From Bacillota bacterium (GTDB taxonomy: Bacteria > Bacillota > Clostridia > UBA1381), in contig JAQXIJ010000028.1 of the NCBI GenBank assembly GCA_029007725.1, positions 6,115 to 70,114 of the forward strand: a stretch of 64,000 bases of DNA, given 5' to 3'. Within the stretch, counting starts at the first letter, position 1, and each line of letters starts with the position of its first letter. The position numbers were made by a program, and so were the translations under genes. Under the pieces are notes generated by a model that saw only the letters and a list, made by a program, of their open reading frames with translations, did no database searches and was not told the origin of the DNA. Shown here in pieces: positions 38,414 to 48,490 of the stretch.

Positions 38414-38554
38414 ATTTCCTCCGTAAAGCTTAATTTAATTGAATTTTATCATAGTTAACTATAAATAACAATACTATTGAAAAAAATTTTGTTTGTGTTA
38501 TAATATTCAGTAACAAAACGAAAGAGAGGAACGGCATCGAAGCCGTAATTTACC

Positions 38555-39421
38555 ATGAGATTATCAGAACTTTTTGCACAAAACAGACCAACACTGTCCT
38601 TTGAAGTATTTCCGCCAAAGACGGGCGACGGATTTGAAAAAGTTAAGACGGCAACCGAAGAGATTGCCGGTTTGAGACCGGACTATATGAGCGTAACCTA
38701 TGGAGCTGGCGGCGGAACAAGCCGTTATACTGTGTCGGTTGCAGCGAACCTTCTTAACAATTACGAAATAACAACGCTTGCGCATCTTACATGTGTATCA
38801 TCAGATAAGGAGGGTATAACGCGGCAGCTTGACGATCTGAAAAAGAACGGGATTGAAAATATTCTTGCCTTAAGGGGTGACATTCCAGAGAATTATACTC
38901 CCGGACAGTACCGCTATGCAAGCGAGCTTATACATGAGATAAAGGCGCATAATGCAGGTTTTTGTATAGGAGGTGCATGCTATCCGGAAGGGCATATAGA
39001 ATCAAAAAATCGCGCGGACGATATCCGGCATCTTAAAGAAAAGGTTGACGCAGGCTGCGATTTTTTGACTACGCAGATGTTTTTTGACAATAATATACTT
39101 TACAGCTTTTTATATAAAATTCGTGAAGCCGGCATAACCGTGCCGGTGGTTGCCGGAATTATGCCGGTTACAAATGCTAAGCAGATTGCGCGTATATGCG
39201 CTCTGTCAGGAACATATCTTCCGCAGCGATTCAAATCAATTGTTGACCGATTTGGTGACGATAATGCTGCGATGGCGCAAGCGGGCATTGCATATGCAAC
39301 CGACCAGATTATTGACCTGATTGCAAATGGCGTGAATGCTGTTCATGTTTATTCAATGAATAAGCCAGAGGTCGCGAGGGCAATTCAGAGCAATCTGTCG
39401 GAAATTATAACACAGAGGTAG
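38555..39421 (+). CDS. metF: Methylenetetrahydrofolate reductase
   Basis: ...TLSFEVFPPKT...YMSVTYGAGGGT...LAHLTC...ALRGD...TQMFFD motifs. Confidence 0.9.
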   Translation: MRLSELFAQNRPTLSFEVFPPKTGDGFEKVKTATEEIAGLRPDYMSVTYGAGGGTSRYTVSVAANLLNNYEITTLAHLTCVSSDKEGITRQLDDLKKNGIENILALRGDIPENYTPGQYRYASELIHEIKAHNAGFCIGGACYPEGHIESKNRADDIRHLKEKVDAGCDFLTTQMFFDNNILYSFLYKIREAGITVPVVAGIMPVTNAKQIARICALSGTYLPQRFKSIVDRFGDDNAAMAQAGIAYATDQIIDLIANGVNAVHVYSMNKPEVARAIQSNLSEIITQR

Positions 39422-39427
39422 AAGAAA

Positions 39428-40102
39428 TTGCAGATAGAAAAACACAGAGCGCAGAGTATAAAAATTCCCAAAGATGAGGTACTGCGTTATCTCGGTTACG
39501 GGAAAAATACTGCCGAGGGAAGAAGCGGAGTATTGATAGACGAGTGCATTCGCGCGGTGACGGCTGTGCTTGATTGCCGCGCGTGCTATGCGGAGTTTGA
39601 TATTGCAAAAAAAGACGGAAATCTGATTGATTTGGGATTTACTGCAGTACATTCGGAGGCATTGACCAAAAATCTTGACGGCTGCGATAAAATTGTTTTG
39701 TTCACAGCGACAATCGGTATGGAAACCGACAGGCTGATACAAAAATATTCGCAGGTTTTGCCATCGAGGGCGGTTGTTTTTCAGGCGGTGGGCGCAGCGG
39801 CGATTGAGGAATATTGCGATTTTTTAAGCTGCGAAATTGCCGAAAAATATGCCTTGCGCGATCTATATCCACGGCCGCGGTTTAGCCCAGGATATGGAGA
39901 TTTTCCTATATCATGCCAAAAAAATATTTTTGACGTACTTGACTGCACACGAAAAATAGGTGTAATGCTGACCGACGGTATGCTTATGATGCCGTCAAAA
40001 TCTGTTTCGGCGATCATCGGTTTTTCAAAGGAGCGGACGAGCTGTGCGGAAAGTGACTGCAGCGGTTGCGGCAAAACCGATTGCGCTTTCAGAAGAATTT
40101 AA
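39428..40102 (+). CDS. Stand-alone methionine synthase activation (AdoMet-binding) domain protein
   Basis: TTG start 9 nt after RBS AGAGG. ...YPRPRFSPGYGDFPI...Q..IF..L is typical of the MetH C-terminal reactivation domain. Extra C-terminal CSGCGKTDC motif. Confidence 0.75.
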   Translation: MQIEKHRAQSIKIPKDEVLRYLGYGKNTAEGRSGVLIDECIRAVTAVLDCRACYAEFDIAKKDGNLIDLGFTAVHSEALTKNLDGCDKIVLFTATIGMETDRLIQKYSQVLPSRAVVFQAVGAAAIEEYCDFLSCEIAEKYALRDLYPRPRFSPGYGDFPISCQKNIFDVLDCTRKIGVMLTDGMLMMPSKSVSAIIGFSKERTSCAESDCSGCGKTDCAFRRI

Positions 40103-40117
40103 TGGAGGTTGGGACAT

Positions 40118-42526
40118 ATGAACATCTTGGGAAAGCTGAAAAGCGGACTTGTATATTTTGACGGAGGCACGGGAAGCATGCTTCAGTCTATGGGGCTTTT
40201 GCCAGGAGAACAACCGGAGCTTTGGAACTTGACACATCCGGACGAAATTATTGCTTTGCACAAAAGCTATATTGCCGCCGGCTGCGATATTATAAATGCA
40301 AATACCTTCGGTGCAAATCCGCTAAAATTTGATGGAAAAAATCTTCCGGGTTTTGAAAAAATAATAAAGGCGGCTATGGGAAATGCACGCGCGGCTTGTT
40401 GCGATTCTGATGGGAAAAAGGTGTACGTTGCTCTTGACATAGGACCTCTTGGCAGGCTTTTGAAGCCGCTCGGTACACTTGCTTTTGAAGCCGCGGTAAA
40501 CGCATTTGCAAAAATGGTACGCATTGGTGCAGAAAACGGGGCTGATCTTGTTTTGATTGAAACGATGAACGACAGCTACGAAACAAAAGCGGCGGTTCTG
40601 GCTGCAAAAGAAAACTGCAGTTTGCCGATTTTTGTAACTAATGCCTATGACGAAAGCGGCAAGCTGATGACTGGAGCAACGCCGGCCGCTATGGTTGCGC
40701 TTTTGGAGGGATTGGGGGCGGACGCAATCGGAATGAATTGCGGACTCGGCCCCAGACAGATGAAAAAGATTCTGCCCGAGCTTATAAAGTATTCGTCCGT
40801 ACCGGTTATAGTGACGCCGAACGCAGGACTACCGAAAATGCGCGGTAGTGTAACGGTTTATGACGTAGATCCCGAGGAGTTTGCTGCGGATATGGCGGAA
40901 ATTGCGAAAATGGGTGCAAGTATACTTGGCGGTTGCTGCGGAACCACTCCAGAGCATATTCGGCGCATGATTGAACATACGCGCGGCTTTGTACCCGCGC
41001 CTGTAAGCAAGAAGGATTTTACAATGGTTTCATCCTATACCCATGCGGCGGTGTTTGACAAAAAGCCGCTGCTTATCGGCGAAAGAATAAATCCAACCGG
41101 TAAAAAGCGCTTTAAAGAAGCGCTTAGGAAGCACAATCTCGACTATATTTTAAACGAGGGTATCTCGCAGCAAGAGCACGGTGCGGATATACTGGACGTA
41201 AACGTGGGACTGCCGGAAATTGATGAGCCAAAAATGTTGTGCGAGTGCATAGAACGGCTTCAGGGCGTGACGAATCTACCGCTTCAGATAGATACATCAG
41301 ATTTTGGTGCAATGGAGCGTGCAATGCGGATTTATAATGGAAAGCCAATGGTAAATTCGGTCAACGGCAAAGCAGAAAGCATGGAAAAGATTTTTCCGCT
41401 TGTTAAAAAATACGGTGGTGTTGTCGTTGCACTGACACTTGATGAAAGCGGCATACCGGACACACCGAAGGGCAGAGCCAAAATTGCAGAAAAAATTTAT
41501 AAAACGGCAGCAATGTACGGAATAGAAAAAAAGGATATAGTTGTAGATACTCTTGTTATGACGGTAAGCTCGGACAAAAATGCCGCATCAACAACGCTTG
41601 ATACGCTGAAAATTATAAAAAAGGATTTTGATGGAAAAACAAGCCTTGGCGTTTCAAATGTATCCTTCGGACTGCCGAACCGCGAATTCATAAACTCAAC
41701 ATTTTTTGCAATGGCGCTTGCAAGCGGATTGGATGCCGCGATTATGAATCCCTTTTCACAGGAGATGATGAAGAGCTATTACAGCTTTTGCGCGCTCAGC
41801 GGAATAGATGAACGCTGTGAGGAATATATAGATTTTGCATCTTCGGTTACTGTTACCATGCAGGAAAACGCAAGTGCTTGCGTGGAAAAAAGCGATGGCA
41901 GTGGACTGAAAGGAGCAATTATAAAGGGACTTAAAGAGGCGGCGTCGGAGATGGCGGCTGAGCTTTTGAAAACGAAACAACCGCTTGAGATAATTGACGG
42001 AGAAATCATTCCGGCATTGAATTTCGTTGGAAAAGGCTTTGAGAGCAAAACGTTATTTTTGCCCCAGCTTTTGATAAGTGCAGAAACCGCAAAATCAGCA
42101 TTTGAGGTGATAAAAAGATCAATCGGCAGGCAGGCAGGAGGAAAAAAGTGTAAGGTTATAGTTGCAACGGTTTTCGGAGATATTCATGATATCGGAAAAA
42201 ATATAGTAAAGGTTCTGCTTGAAAGCTATAATTTCGACGTAATCGATTTGGGCAAAGACGTTCCACCCGAAAAAATAGTAAAGACAGCAAAGGAAGAAAA
42301 TGTTCCGCTGGTAGGACTCAGTGCTCTGATGACTACAACCGTGCCAGCTATGGAGAATACCATAAAGCTTTTGCGTGAGCAGATGCCCGAATGCCGCGTT
42401 ATGGTGGGCGGAGCTGTGCTTACTCAGGAATATGCGGACATGATGGGGGCGGATTCCTATTCAAAGGACGCAATGGGTGCAGTGCACTATGCCGAGAAAG
42501 TGTACAACGAAATCAAGAAAATATAA
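40118..42526 (+). CDS. metH: Cobalamin-dependent methionine synthase core (Hcy-binding, pterin-binding and B12-binding domains; no activation domain)
   Basis: Hcy S-methyltransferase domain (...GGCCGTTPEHI), pterin-binding domain (...VNVG...NS.N...SFGLP) and B12-binding motif (GDIHDIGKNIV...SALMTTT). Confidence 0.9.
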   Translation: MNILGKLKSGLVYFDGGTGSMLQSMGLLPGEQPELWNLTHPDEIIALHKSYIAAGCDIINANTFGANPLKFDGKNLPGFEKIIKAAMGNARAACCDSDGKKVYVALDIGPLGRLLKPLGTLAFEAAVNAFAKMVRIGAENGADLVLIETMNDSYETKAAVLAAKENCSLPIFVTNAYDESGKLMTGATPAAMVALLEGLGADAIGMNCGLGPRQMKKILPELIKYSSVPVIVTPNAGLPKMRGSVTVYDVDPEEFAADMAEIAKMGASILGGCCGTTPEHIRRMIEHTRGFVPAPVSKKDFTMVSSYTHAAVFDKKPLLIGERINPTGKKRFKEALRKHNLDYILNEGISQQEHGADILDVNVGLPEIDEPKMLCECIERLQGVTNLPLQIDTSDFGAMERAMRIYNGKPMVNSVNGKAESMEKIFPLVKKYGGVVVALTLDESGIPDTPKGRAKIAEKIYKTAAMYGIEKKDIVVDTLVMTVSSDKNAASTTLDTLKIIKKDFDGKTSLGVSNVSFGLPNREFINSTFFAMALASGLDAAIMNPFSQEMMKSYYSFCALSGIDERCEEYIDFASSVTVTMQENASACVEKSDGSGLKGAIIKGLKEAASEMAAELLKTKQPLEIIDGEIIPALNFVGKGFESKTLFLPQLLISAETAKSAFEVIKRSIGRQAGGKKCKVIVATVFGDIHDIGKNIVKVLLESYNFDVIDLGKDVPPEKIVKTAKEENVPLVGLSALMTTTVPAMENTIKLLREQMPECRVMVGGAVLTQEYADMMGADSYSKDAMGAVHYAEKVYNEIKKI

Positions 42527-42544
42527 AAACAGCCGCATGAGAGG

Positions 42545-42657
42545 TGAACTGTCCCGGTTTGTGCGAGACAGTACGAAAAAGCCCCTATGGCAGTTTATAT
42601 TATTCTGCCATAGGAGGGGGTATTTTCTCTATTGTCCGTTTTTACCGGTTCTGTTTA
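42545..42657 (-). mobile_element. MITE-like palindromic element derived from the ends of the IS3-family element at 54879-55422
   Basis: TGAACTGTCCCGG...CCCCTATGGCAG-tttatattatt-CTGCCATAGGAGGGG...CCGGTTCTGTTTA. The reverse complement aligns block-wise with both termini of the IS remnant. It sits between the convergent metH and antiporter genes. Confidence 0.6.
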
Positions 42658-42729
42658 AAAACGGATCAGGTGTTTTTTATGAACACATTCAACGTCCAAT
42701 GCCGTACTGTGTATTTTTTAATTTTCCGT

Positions 42730-43908
42730 CTATGCTTCCTCCGGATGTTTTGCATAAAGTATTTTTAGGAAGATAGGCGTCAATATTGAGGACGCAATTA
42801 TCAGCAGAATTACCGAGGTAAAGTAGACAGGCTCCAAAAGCCCCACTGCAAGACCCTTTTGCGAAACTATAAGCGCAACCTCACCCCTTGTCATCATTCC
42901 GACACCGATTTTAAGCGAGTCGCCGCTTTTGAATCCGCAAGCGCGTGCAACAAGCCCGCAGCCGATAATCTTTGACAGCAACGCAACAATCACAAACGCA
43001 ACCGAAAAAAGCAGAATTGACATATTAAAGCTGTCTATGTTGGTTTTCAGTCCAATACTCGCAAAAAATACCGGTCCGAACAGCATATATGAATTGATAT
43101 CCATTTTTCGTGCGATATATCCACTGTCACTTATGCTGCACAGCACAATCCCGGCGACATATGCACCGGTTATATCGGCAATTCCGAAGTATTTTTCAGC
43201 TATGTACGAAAGCGCCAGACAGAACGCTAAACCCATAATAGGTATTCTGCGCGTTCTTTTGTATTTTATATCGAACCATTTGAAGAACTTGTATGCAGCA
43301 AAACCTACCACAGCAGCAAATATAAAGAACAACACGGTATGAAACACAACAGATGACGGATGGACATCGGGATTTTTAAATCCGATTACAAAGGTCAGTA
43401 CCAAAATACCGATAACATCGTCGATAATCGCCGCACTCATAATTGTAGTTCCGACTCTGCCTTTTAAATGTCCCAATTCCCGAAGCGACTGAACCGTTAT
43501 ACTTACCGAGGTAGCAGTCATTATTGTACCCATAAACACAGCTTTAAAAAAGTTTTCGCTTCCCCACGGCGCCGTTCCGTAAAAGAACATATACATAACA
43601 GTTCCGGCAACAAGCGGTACGGCAACTCCGCAGCACGCAACCAAAAAGGCAATAGGGCCGGTTTTGATAAGCTCACGCAGATTTGTTTCAAGTCCTGCCG
43701 AAAACATCAGAAGAATCACGCCGATTTCTGCCATTTTTGTTATAAATTCAGTCTGGCTTACCCACCCGAGAATGCAAGGACCTATTACAAGCCCGGCGAT
43801 GATTTCGCCGACCACCTGCGGCGCCTTGCACTTGCGTGCCAAAATACCGAACAATTTTGCTGCCACTATTATGATAGCAATATCTCTTAATACGCTGTAT
43901 GATTCCAT
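42730..43908 (-). CDS. Cation:proton antiporter (CPA2/Kef-NapA type)
   Basis: ATG 43908 follows RBS GGGGGA. MESYSVLRDIAIIIVAAKLFG.LARK...PQVVGEIIAGLVIGP is the canonical Na_H_exchanger N-terminus. 12-13 TM helices. Confidence 0.85.
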   Translation of the reverse strand: MESYSVLRDIAIIIVAAKLFGILARKCKAPQVVGEIIAGLVIGPCILGWVSQTEFITKMAEIGVILLMFSAGLETNLRELIKTGPIAFLVACCGVAVPLVAGTVMYMFFYGTAPWGSENFFKAVFMGTIMTATSVSITVQSLRELGHLKGRVGTTIMSAAIIDDVIGILVLTFVIGFKNPDVHPSSVVFHTVLFFIFAAVVGFAAYKFFKWFDIKYKRTRRIPIMGLAFCLALSYIAEKYFGIADITGAYVAGIVLCSISDSGYIARKMDINSYMLFGPVFFASIGLKTNIDSFNMSILLFSVAFVIVALLSKIIGCGLVARACGFKSGDSLKIGVGMMTRGEVALIVSQKGLAVGLLEPVYFTSVILLIIASSILTPIFLKILYAKHPEEA

Positions 43909-44032
43909 TTTCTTCCCCCTGTTTTCTATAAATTCCAAATATCTATTATACGACATGTGGCTTTTTTTGTCAACATAATACAAAATTTTCTGAATTAATA
44001 CAAATTTTTGCCCAAAAAAGAACGTTCTATTT

Positions 44033-45154
44033 TTATTTTGCAACGTTCTCGTTTTCAAGCCATTTTATTATCGCACACGAATTGGGGTGCACGGGATTCC
44101 CCCGCTTTTTATTGAATTCGCATACCCTGCGTACACAGGCAAGTACCGCCTTGTCAATATTCGAAAACGCTAGCTTCCTCAGCTCTTCCAGTCCACTGAA
44201 AGTTCTGTTAGGCTCTACAAGATCGGCGACAAATATAATTTTTTCCAAAAGTGTCATATCCACGCGTCCTATCGTATGCCATCGTATAGCACCGATAATC
44301 TCGCTGTCACAAATCACGAAAACGCATTTTGCCGTTTCTGCCCCAAGCTTTGCATGAAGCAGCCCCGGATTTTCACGTTCAAATTCATCAATTTCAGCCT
44401 CAAGGTCGATGCAGCGCTCAAGCTGGTTGTCCAAATTTTTCGCATTATCGTGTAAAAGTCCGGCAATTGCTGCTTTCTTTGCATCGGCACCGAAAATATC
44501 TGCCATCTTTACCGCCGTGTCACGTACACCGACACTATGCCGATACCTCTCCGGTTTCAAAATCTCCGCAAGCCGCTCTTCCATTGGTATCTCGCGCTCA
44601 TACAGATGATGCCGATATATAAAATCCGCTGTGCTTTTTACAACCATGCCGGAAATATCTCCGCCGTTTTTCGCCAGCTCACGAATTTCCGTAGAAGATA
44701 TATCACATTTTTCACCGTGAACAGGCAGCGCAAAATTCGACTCAAATTTTCCGCCGTTTCTTTCATAGACCAATATTGTACACAGTTTCAAAATTTCCTG
44801 CGGCTTGTACCATGTATCAAAATCTCGCAGAGAATCACCGCCGATTATAAAAAACAGCTCGTCATTAGGATAAATCTCTTTAAAATGCTGCATTGTATTT
44901 AGGGTATAAGAATATTCGCTGCGATTTACCTCATAGTCACACGGCTCAAATCCTCTCATATTGCTTATAGCCTTTTTGACCATTATATGACGAATTTTCG
45001 CATCCAAAATTCTTTCATGCCTCTTGTGCGGCGGATTTCCGCTGGTTAAAAAAATCACTTTATCCAGAGCATATTCTCTTTTTGCCGTTTGCGCCATTTT
45101 TATATGTCCGTTATGAATCGGGTTAAAGGTCCCGCCCAAAATTCCTATTCTCAT
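44033..45154 (-). CDS. nadD: Fusion protein: nicotinate-nucleotide adenylyltransferase (NadD) plus a YqeK-type HD hydrolase
   Basis: N-half GILGGTFNPIHNGH...ISST.IR (NadD). C-half ...RYRHSVGV...AGLLHDNAK...H (YqeK HD domain). One uninterrupted 373-codon ORF. Confidence 0.85.
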   Translation of the reverse strand: MRIGILGGTFNPIHNGHIKMAQTAKREYALDKVIFLTSGNPPHKRHERILDAKIRHIMVKKAISNMRGFEPCDYEVNRSEYSYTLNTMQHFKEIYPNDELFFIIGGDSLRDFDTWYKPQEILKLCTILVYERNGGKFESNFALPVHGEKCDISSTEIRELAKNGGDISGMVVKSTADFIYRHHLYEREIPMEERLAEILKPERYRHSVGVRDTAVKMADIFGADAKKAAIAGLLHDNAKNLDNQLERCIDLEAEIDEFERENPGLLHAKLGAETAKCVFVICDSEIIGAIRWHTIGRVDMTLLEKIIFVADLVEPNRTFSGLEELRKLAFSNIDKAVLACVRRVCEFNKKRGNPVHPNSCAIIKWLENENVAK

Positions 45155-45456
45155 TATTTTCTCTGCAACTCTATCTTTCTGTTTTTTTCCTTTTTAGCCT
45201 GCTTGTACAAAACAAACTTCGACCCAATCGACTGAACAGGCTCAGCACCGAGCTTTTCAGCAATGTCACTGCAGGTCATCTTTGTATCCAGCAACGCCGT
45301 TTCGAGAATTTTTACCTTTATAAGCTCCCTTGCTTCAAGCGCGTCCGCTATCTGCGAAATAACCGCATCCGAAATGCCGCCCTTTCCTATTTGAAAAATT
45401 GGCTCCAGCTGATTTGACATCTTTCTTAAATATGCACGCTGTTTACTTGTTATCAT
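45154..45456 (-). CDS. yhbY: YhbY-family (CRM domain) RNA-binding protein
   Basis: MITSKQRAYLRKMSNQLEPIFQIGKGGISDAV...LIKVK. RBS GGAAAGGA. The stop overlaps the nadD start (ATGA). Confidence 0.85.
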   Translation of the reverse strand: MITSKQRAYLRKMSNQLEPIFQIGKGGISDAVISQIADALEARELIKVKILETALLDTKMTCSDIAEKLGAEPVQSIGSKFVLYKQAKKEKNRKIELQRK

Positions 45457-45583
45457 AACAATATCCTTTCCATTTTTGGACATAAATACACCATATCCGT
45501 CATGCAAAATTAATTTTACCACATTTTACCCCATCCAGCAATAGATTTTGCCGTAATTATTGCACTTATTGTGGGTACCCAAC

Positions 45584-45629
45584 AAAAAATATGCACCCTC
45601 AAAAGTGTATAGCCTTTAAAGGTGCACAT
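45584..45629 (-). terminator. Rho-independent terminator after pckA
   Basis: Minus-strand AUGUGCACC ... GGGUGCAU stem followed by AUUUUUUG. Confidence 0.7.
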
Positions 45630-45644
45630 TCGATTTTGCTGAAA

Positions 45645-47249
45645 TTATGCCTTTGGACCTGCTGCAACCAGTGCCTTACCTGCCGGGTTGCCTTCATATT
45701 TTTCAAAGTTCTTTATGAATCTGCCTGCAAGATCCTTAGCCTTTGCTTCCCATTCGGAAGCATCGGCATATGTGTCTCTCGGGTCAAGGATATTTGAATC
45801 AACACCCGGAAGCTCTGTAGGTACTTCAAAATCGAAGTATGGGATTTTCTTTGTAGGAGCCTTTGCAATGTCGCCGTTTAGAATAGCGTCAATTATTCCT
45901 CTTGTGTCGCGGATAGAAATACGCTTGCCTGTGCCGTTCCAACCGGTGTTTACAAGGTATGCCTTAGCGCCGCTCTTCTGCATCTTTTTAACAAGCTCTT
46001 CAGCATACTTTGTAGGATGCAGTTCCAAAAATGCCTGACCGAAGCAAGCAGAAAAAGTCGGAGTAGGTTCTGTAATTCCGCGCTCTGTACCTGCAAGCTT
46101 TGCAGTGAAACCTGACAGGAAGTAGTACTGAGTCTGTTCCGGTGTAAGGATTGAAACCGGAGGAAGTACGCCGAATGCATCAGCTGACAGGAAGATTACG
46201 TTCTTTGCATCCGGAGCTGCCGAAACAGGACGAACGATATTTTCAATATGGTTGATAGGATAAGATACACGGGTATTTTCTGTAACGCTCTTGTCGTTAA
46301 AATCAATTTTTCCGTCCTTATCCAGTGTTACATTTTCAAGAAGAGCATTTCTCTTTATTGCGTTGTAAATGTCAGGCTCTGAATCCTTGTCAAGGTTTAT
46401 TACCTTTGCGTAGCAGCCGCCCTCAAAGTTAAACACGCCGTTATCATCCCAACCGTGTTCGTCATCACCGATCAACAAACGCTTCGGGTCGGTTGAAAGA
46501 GTAGTTTTGCCTGTTCCCGAAAGACCAAAGAAGATAGCTGTATTTTTGCCGTCCTTATCGGTATTTGCGGAGCAGTGCATTGATGCAATGCCTTTAAGCG
46601 GCAGATAGTAGTTCATCATCGAGAACATACCTTTCTTCATTTCACCGCCGTACCATGTATTTACGATAACCTGCTCGCGGCTTGTTATGTTGAACATTAC
46701 GGCTGTTTCAGAGTTAAGACCCAGCTCCTTGTAATTTTCAACCTTAGCCTTTGAAGCGTTGTAAACAACGAAGTCAGGTTCGAAGTTCTCAAGCTCTTCC
46801 TCAGTGGGCTTAATGAACATATTTGTAACAAAGTGAGCCTGCCAAGCAACCTCAACTATAAATCGGATTGCCATACGTGTGTCCTTGTTTGTACCGCAGA
46901 ATGCGTCTACAACGAACAGTCTTTTGTTTGACAGCTCCTTAATCGCTATATCTTTTACTGCATCCCAAGCCTTTTTGCTTGCAGGATGATTGTCATTTTT
47001 ATACTCGTCCGATGTCCACCAAACTGTATCCTTTGAATTTTCATCTTCAACAATAAACTTATCTTTAGGTGAACGTCCAGTATAAACTCCTGTCATTACA
47101 TTAACGGCGCCCAACTCGCTGACCTGACCTTTTTCAAATCCCTCAAGTCCCGGTTTTGTTTCCTCTTCAAACAGTATTTCATATGAAGGATTATGCACAA
47201 TCTCTGTAGTTCCGGTAATTCCATACTTACTCAAATTAATATCTGCCAT
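45645..47249 (-). CDS. pckA: Phosphoenolpyruvate carboxykinase (ATP)
   Basis: ...GRSPKDKF...[13 protein letters not shown]...IGDDEHGW...GGCYAK motifs; 534 aa. Promoter TTGCAA-17-TATAAT lies at about 47320-47350 on the minus strand. Confidence 0.95.
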   Translation of the reverse strand: MADINLSKYGITGTTEIVHNPSYEILFEEETKPGLEGFEKGQVSELGAVNVMTGVYTGRSPKDKFIVEDENSKDTVWWTSDEYKNDNHPASKKAWDAVKDIAIKELSNKRLFVVDAFCGTNKDTRMAIRFIVEVAWQAHFVTNMFIKPTEEELENFEPDFVVYNASKAKVENYKELGLNSETAVMFNITSREQVIVNTWYGGEMKKGMFSMMNYYLPLKGIASMHCSANTDKDGKNTAIFFGLSGTGKTTLSTDPKRLLIGDDEHGWDDNGVFNFEGGCYAKVINLDKDSEPDIYNAIKRNALLENVTLDKDGKIDFNDKSVTENTRVSYPINHIENIVRPVSAAPDAKNVIFLSADAFGVLPPVSILTPEQTQYYFLSGFTAKLAGTERGITEPTPTFSACFGQAFLELHPTKYAEELVKKMQKSGAKAYLVNTGWNGTGKRISIRDTRGIIDAILNGDIAKAPTKKIPYFDFEVPTELPGVDSNILDPRDTYADASEWEAKAKDLAGRFIKNFEKYEGNPAGKALVAAGPKA

Positions 47250-47644
47250 ATTATATTACCTCTTTTCTTTTTAGTGCATCACCGTATCCCACAGCAGACG
47301 CTGTACGGATTACAATTTTACACCTTTCCTATAATTATATTTAATTTATCCCAAAATTGCAAGCGTTTATTACAATTTTATTAATATACTTTTTTTAAAT
47401 AGCTATTTTGGCGAATTTTCTATACTTTTATGCTCTATAATGCAACAAACTGCCGAAAAAATGCAGGTTGAAATCGGGTATGTTTTAATGACGTCAGCGG
47501 GTCCGTACATTTTTCTGTGATGCTTTTCAAATGCATTCCTACCCTGCAAAATAACCAACATTCTGAAAAGCTTAGGAGATGGAAATGCTATAACAAGCAC
47601 CGAATTTTATACTTATTTAATGCAATCATAGAGAATTTCCGTTA

Positions 47645-48490
47645 TCAGTGAGTACAAAATTTTTTTCTGTATCGCTTCGGCGGCTCGCCGTACTTTTTCT
47701 TGAAGGCTGTTGAAAAATAATTCGAGTCCGAAAATCCGGAGGCAAATGCGGTTTCGGTCACACTCAAGCCGGAATTTTTCAGTATTTCTGCGGCGTGCGA
47801 CAGTCGGACTCCGTTTATATACTCAAGTACCGAGCTACCGGCCTCGATTCTGAAAATACCGCGCAGATAAGCTTCAGAGCAGCCTACGGCAGCCGCGACA
47901 TCTGCGCACAAAATTCCGTTCATATAGTTGTCGTATATATATTTTATCGCGCGTGTAAAAATCTGCGGCTGCCTTGTATCTGCGGTTTTTCGGCTTGCAC
48001 ATTCGTCATAGAGTGCGCACACCATATATTCAATTGGGCGAAGCATTGCTGTAATTTCCGACATTTCCGGAACATCACTAGAAAGAGCAGCATAAAGACC
48101 GTAAAAATGCTCATCGCAGTATTTGGCCGTACTTTCGGCAAGTGCGCGCGCACGCGGGCATTGTCCCCTGTAGCCCGAAACATTAACGCACATTATGGTT
48201 TTTCCGTAATAAACTATCGGATAAACAAATTCCTCTATGCCGGCATAGCAGTGCGAATAGTACGGTTTGTTCGGGTGTTTTTGCTCCAAAAGCCGCTTGT
48301 TATGTATACATTTGTCATGAAGACGCGGATTTGATTTAATATATCGGCAAACGGCAGGCCTGTGAACCTCATATTCCAGCAGCACCGGCATACAGCTGCC
48401 GTAATATCCATCAAAACAGCTCAGCATAACAGAAAATCCCTTTCCTCGCAAAAAATCTATATATCCGGTTATATCACTCAATATTTTCAC
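47645..48490 (-). CDS. AraC-family transcriptional regulator with an N-terminal sensor domain
   Basis: C-terminal double HTH (...YLRGIFR...L.HAAEIL....LSVTETAFASGFSDSNYFSTAFKKKYG.PP..YR). GTG 48490 follows a GGGGTG Shine-Dalgarno. The ORF extends to ATG 48580, which has no RBS. Confidence 0.8.
   Translation of the reverse strand: MKILSDITGYIDFLRGKGFSVMLSCFDGYYGSCMPVLLEYEVHRPAVCRYIKSNPRLHDKCIHNKRLLEQKHPNKPYYSHCYAGIEEFVYPIVYYGKTIMCVNVSGYRGQCPRARALAESTAKYCDEHFYGLYAALSSDVPEMSEITAMLRPIEYMVCALYDECASRKTADTRQPQIFTRAIKYIYDNYMNGILCADVAAAVGCSEAYLRGIFRIEAGSSVLEYINGVRLSHAAEILKNSGLSVTETAFASGFSDSNYFSTAFKKKYGEPPKRYRKKFCTH

Noticed and set aside
38414-38554. Looked for an S-box/SAM riboswitch or T-box upstream of metF.
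   Set aside because: The leader from the TTGAAA-16-TATAAT promoter to the ATG is only about 60 nt. It contains a single small hairpin (ACGGC/GCCGU). This is too short for SAM-I and has no match to the SAM-II, SAM-III or SAM-VI cores as I remember them.
42477-42776. Small + strand ORFs (99 and 74 aa) across the metH/antiporter intergenic region.
   Set aside because: They run through the MITE-like palindrome and terminators and into the antisense of the antiporter gene. They are artefacts.
47403-47600. 65-codon minus-strand ORF between the AraC-family gene and pckA.
   Set aside because: No RBS, an odd composition, and it lies in the pckA upstream region. It is most likely non-coding.
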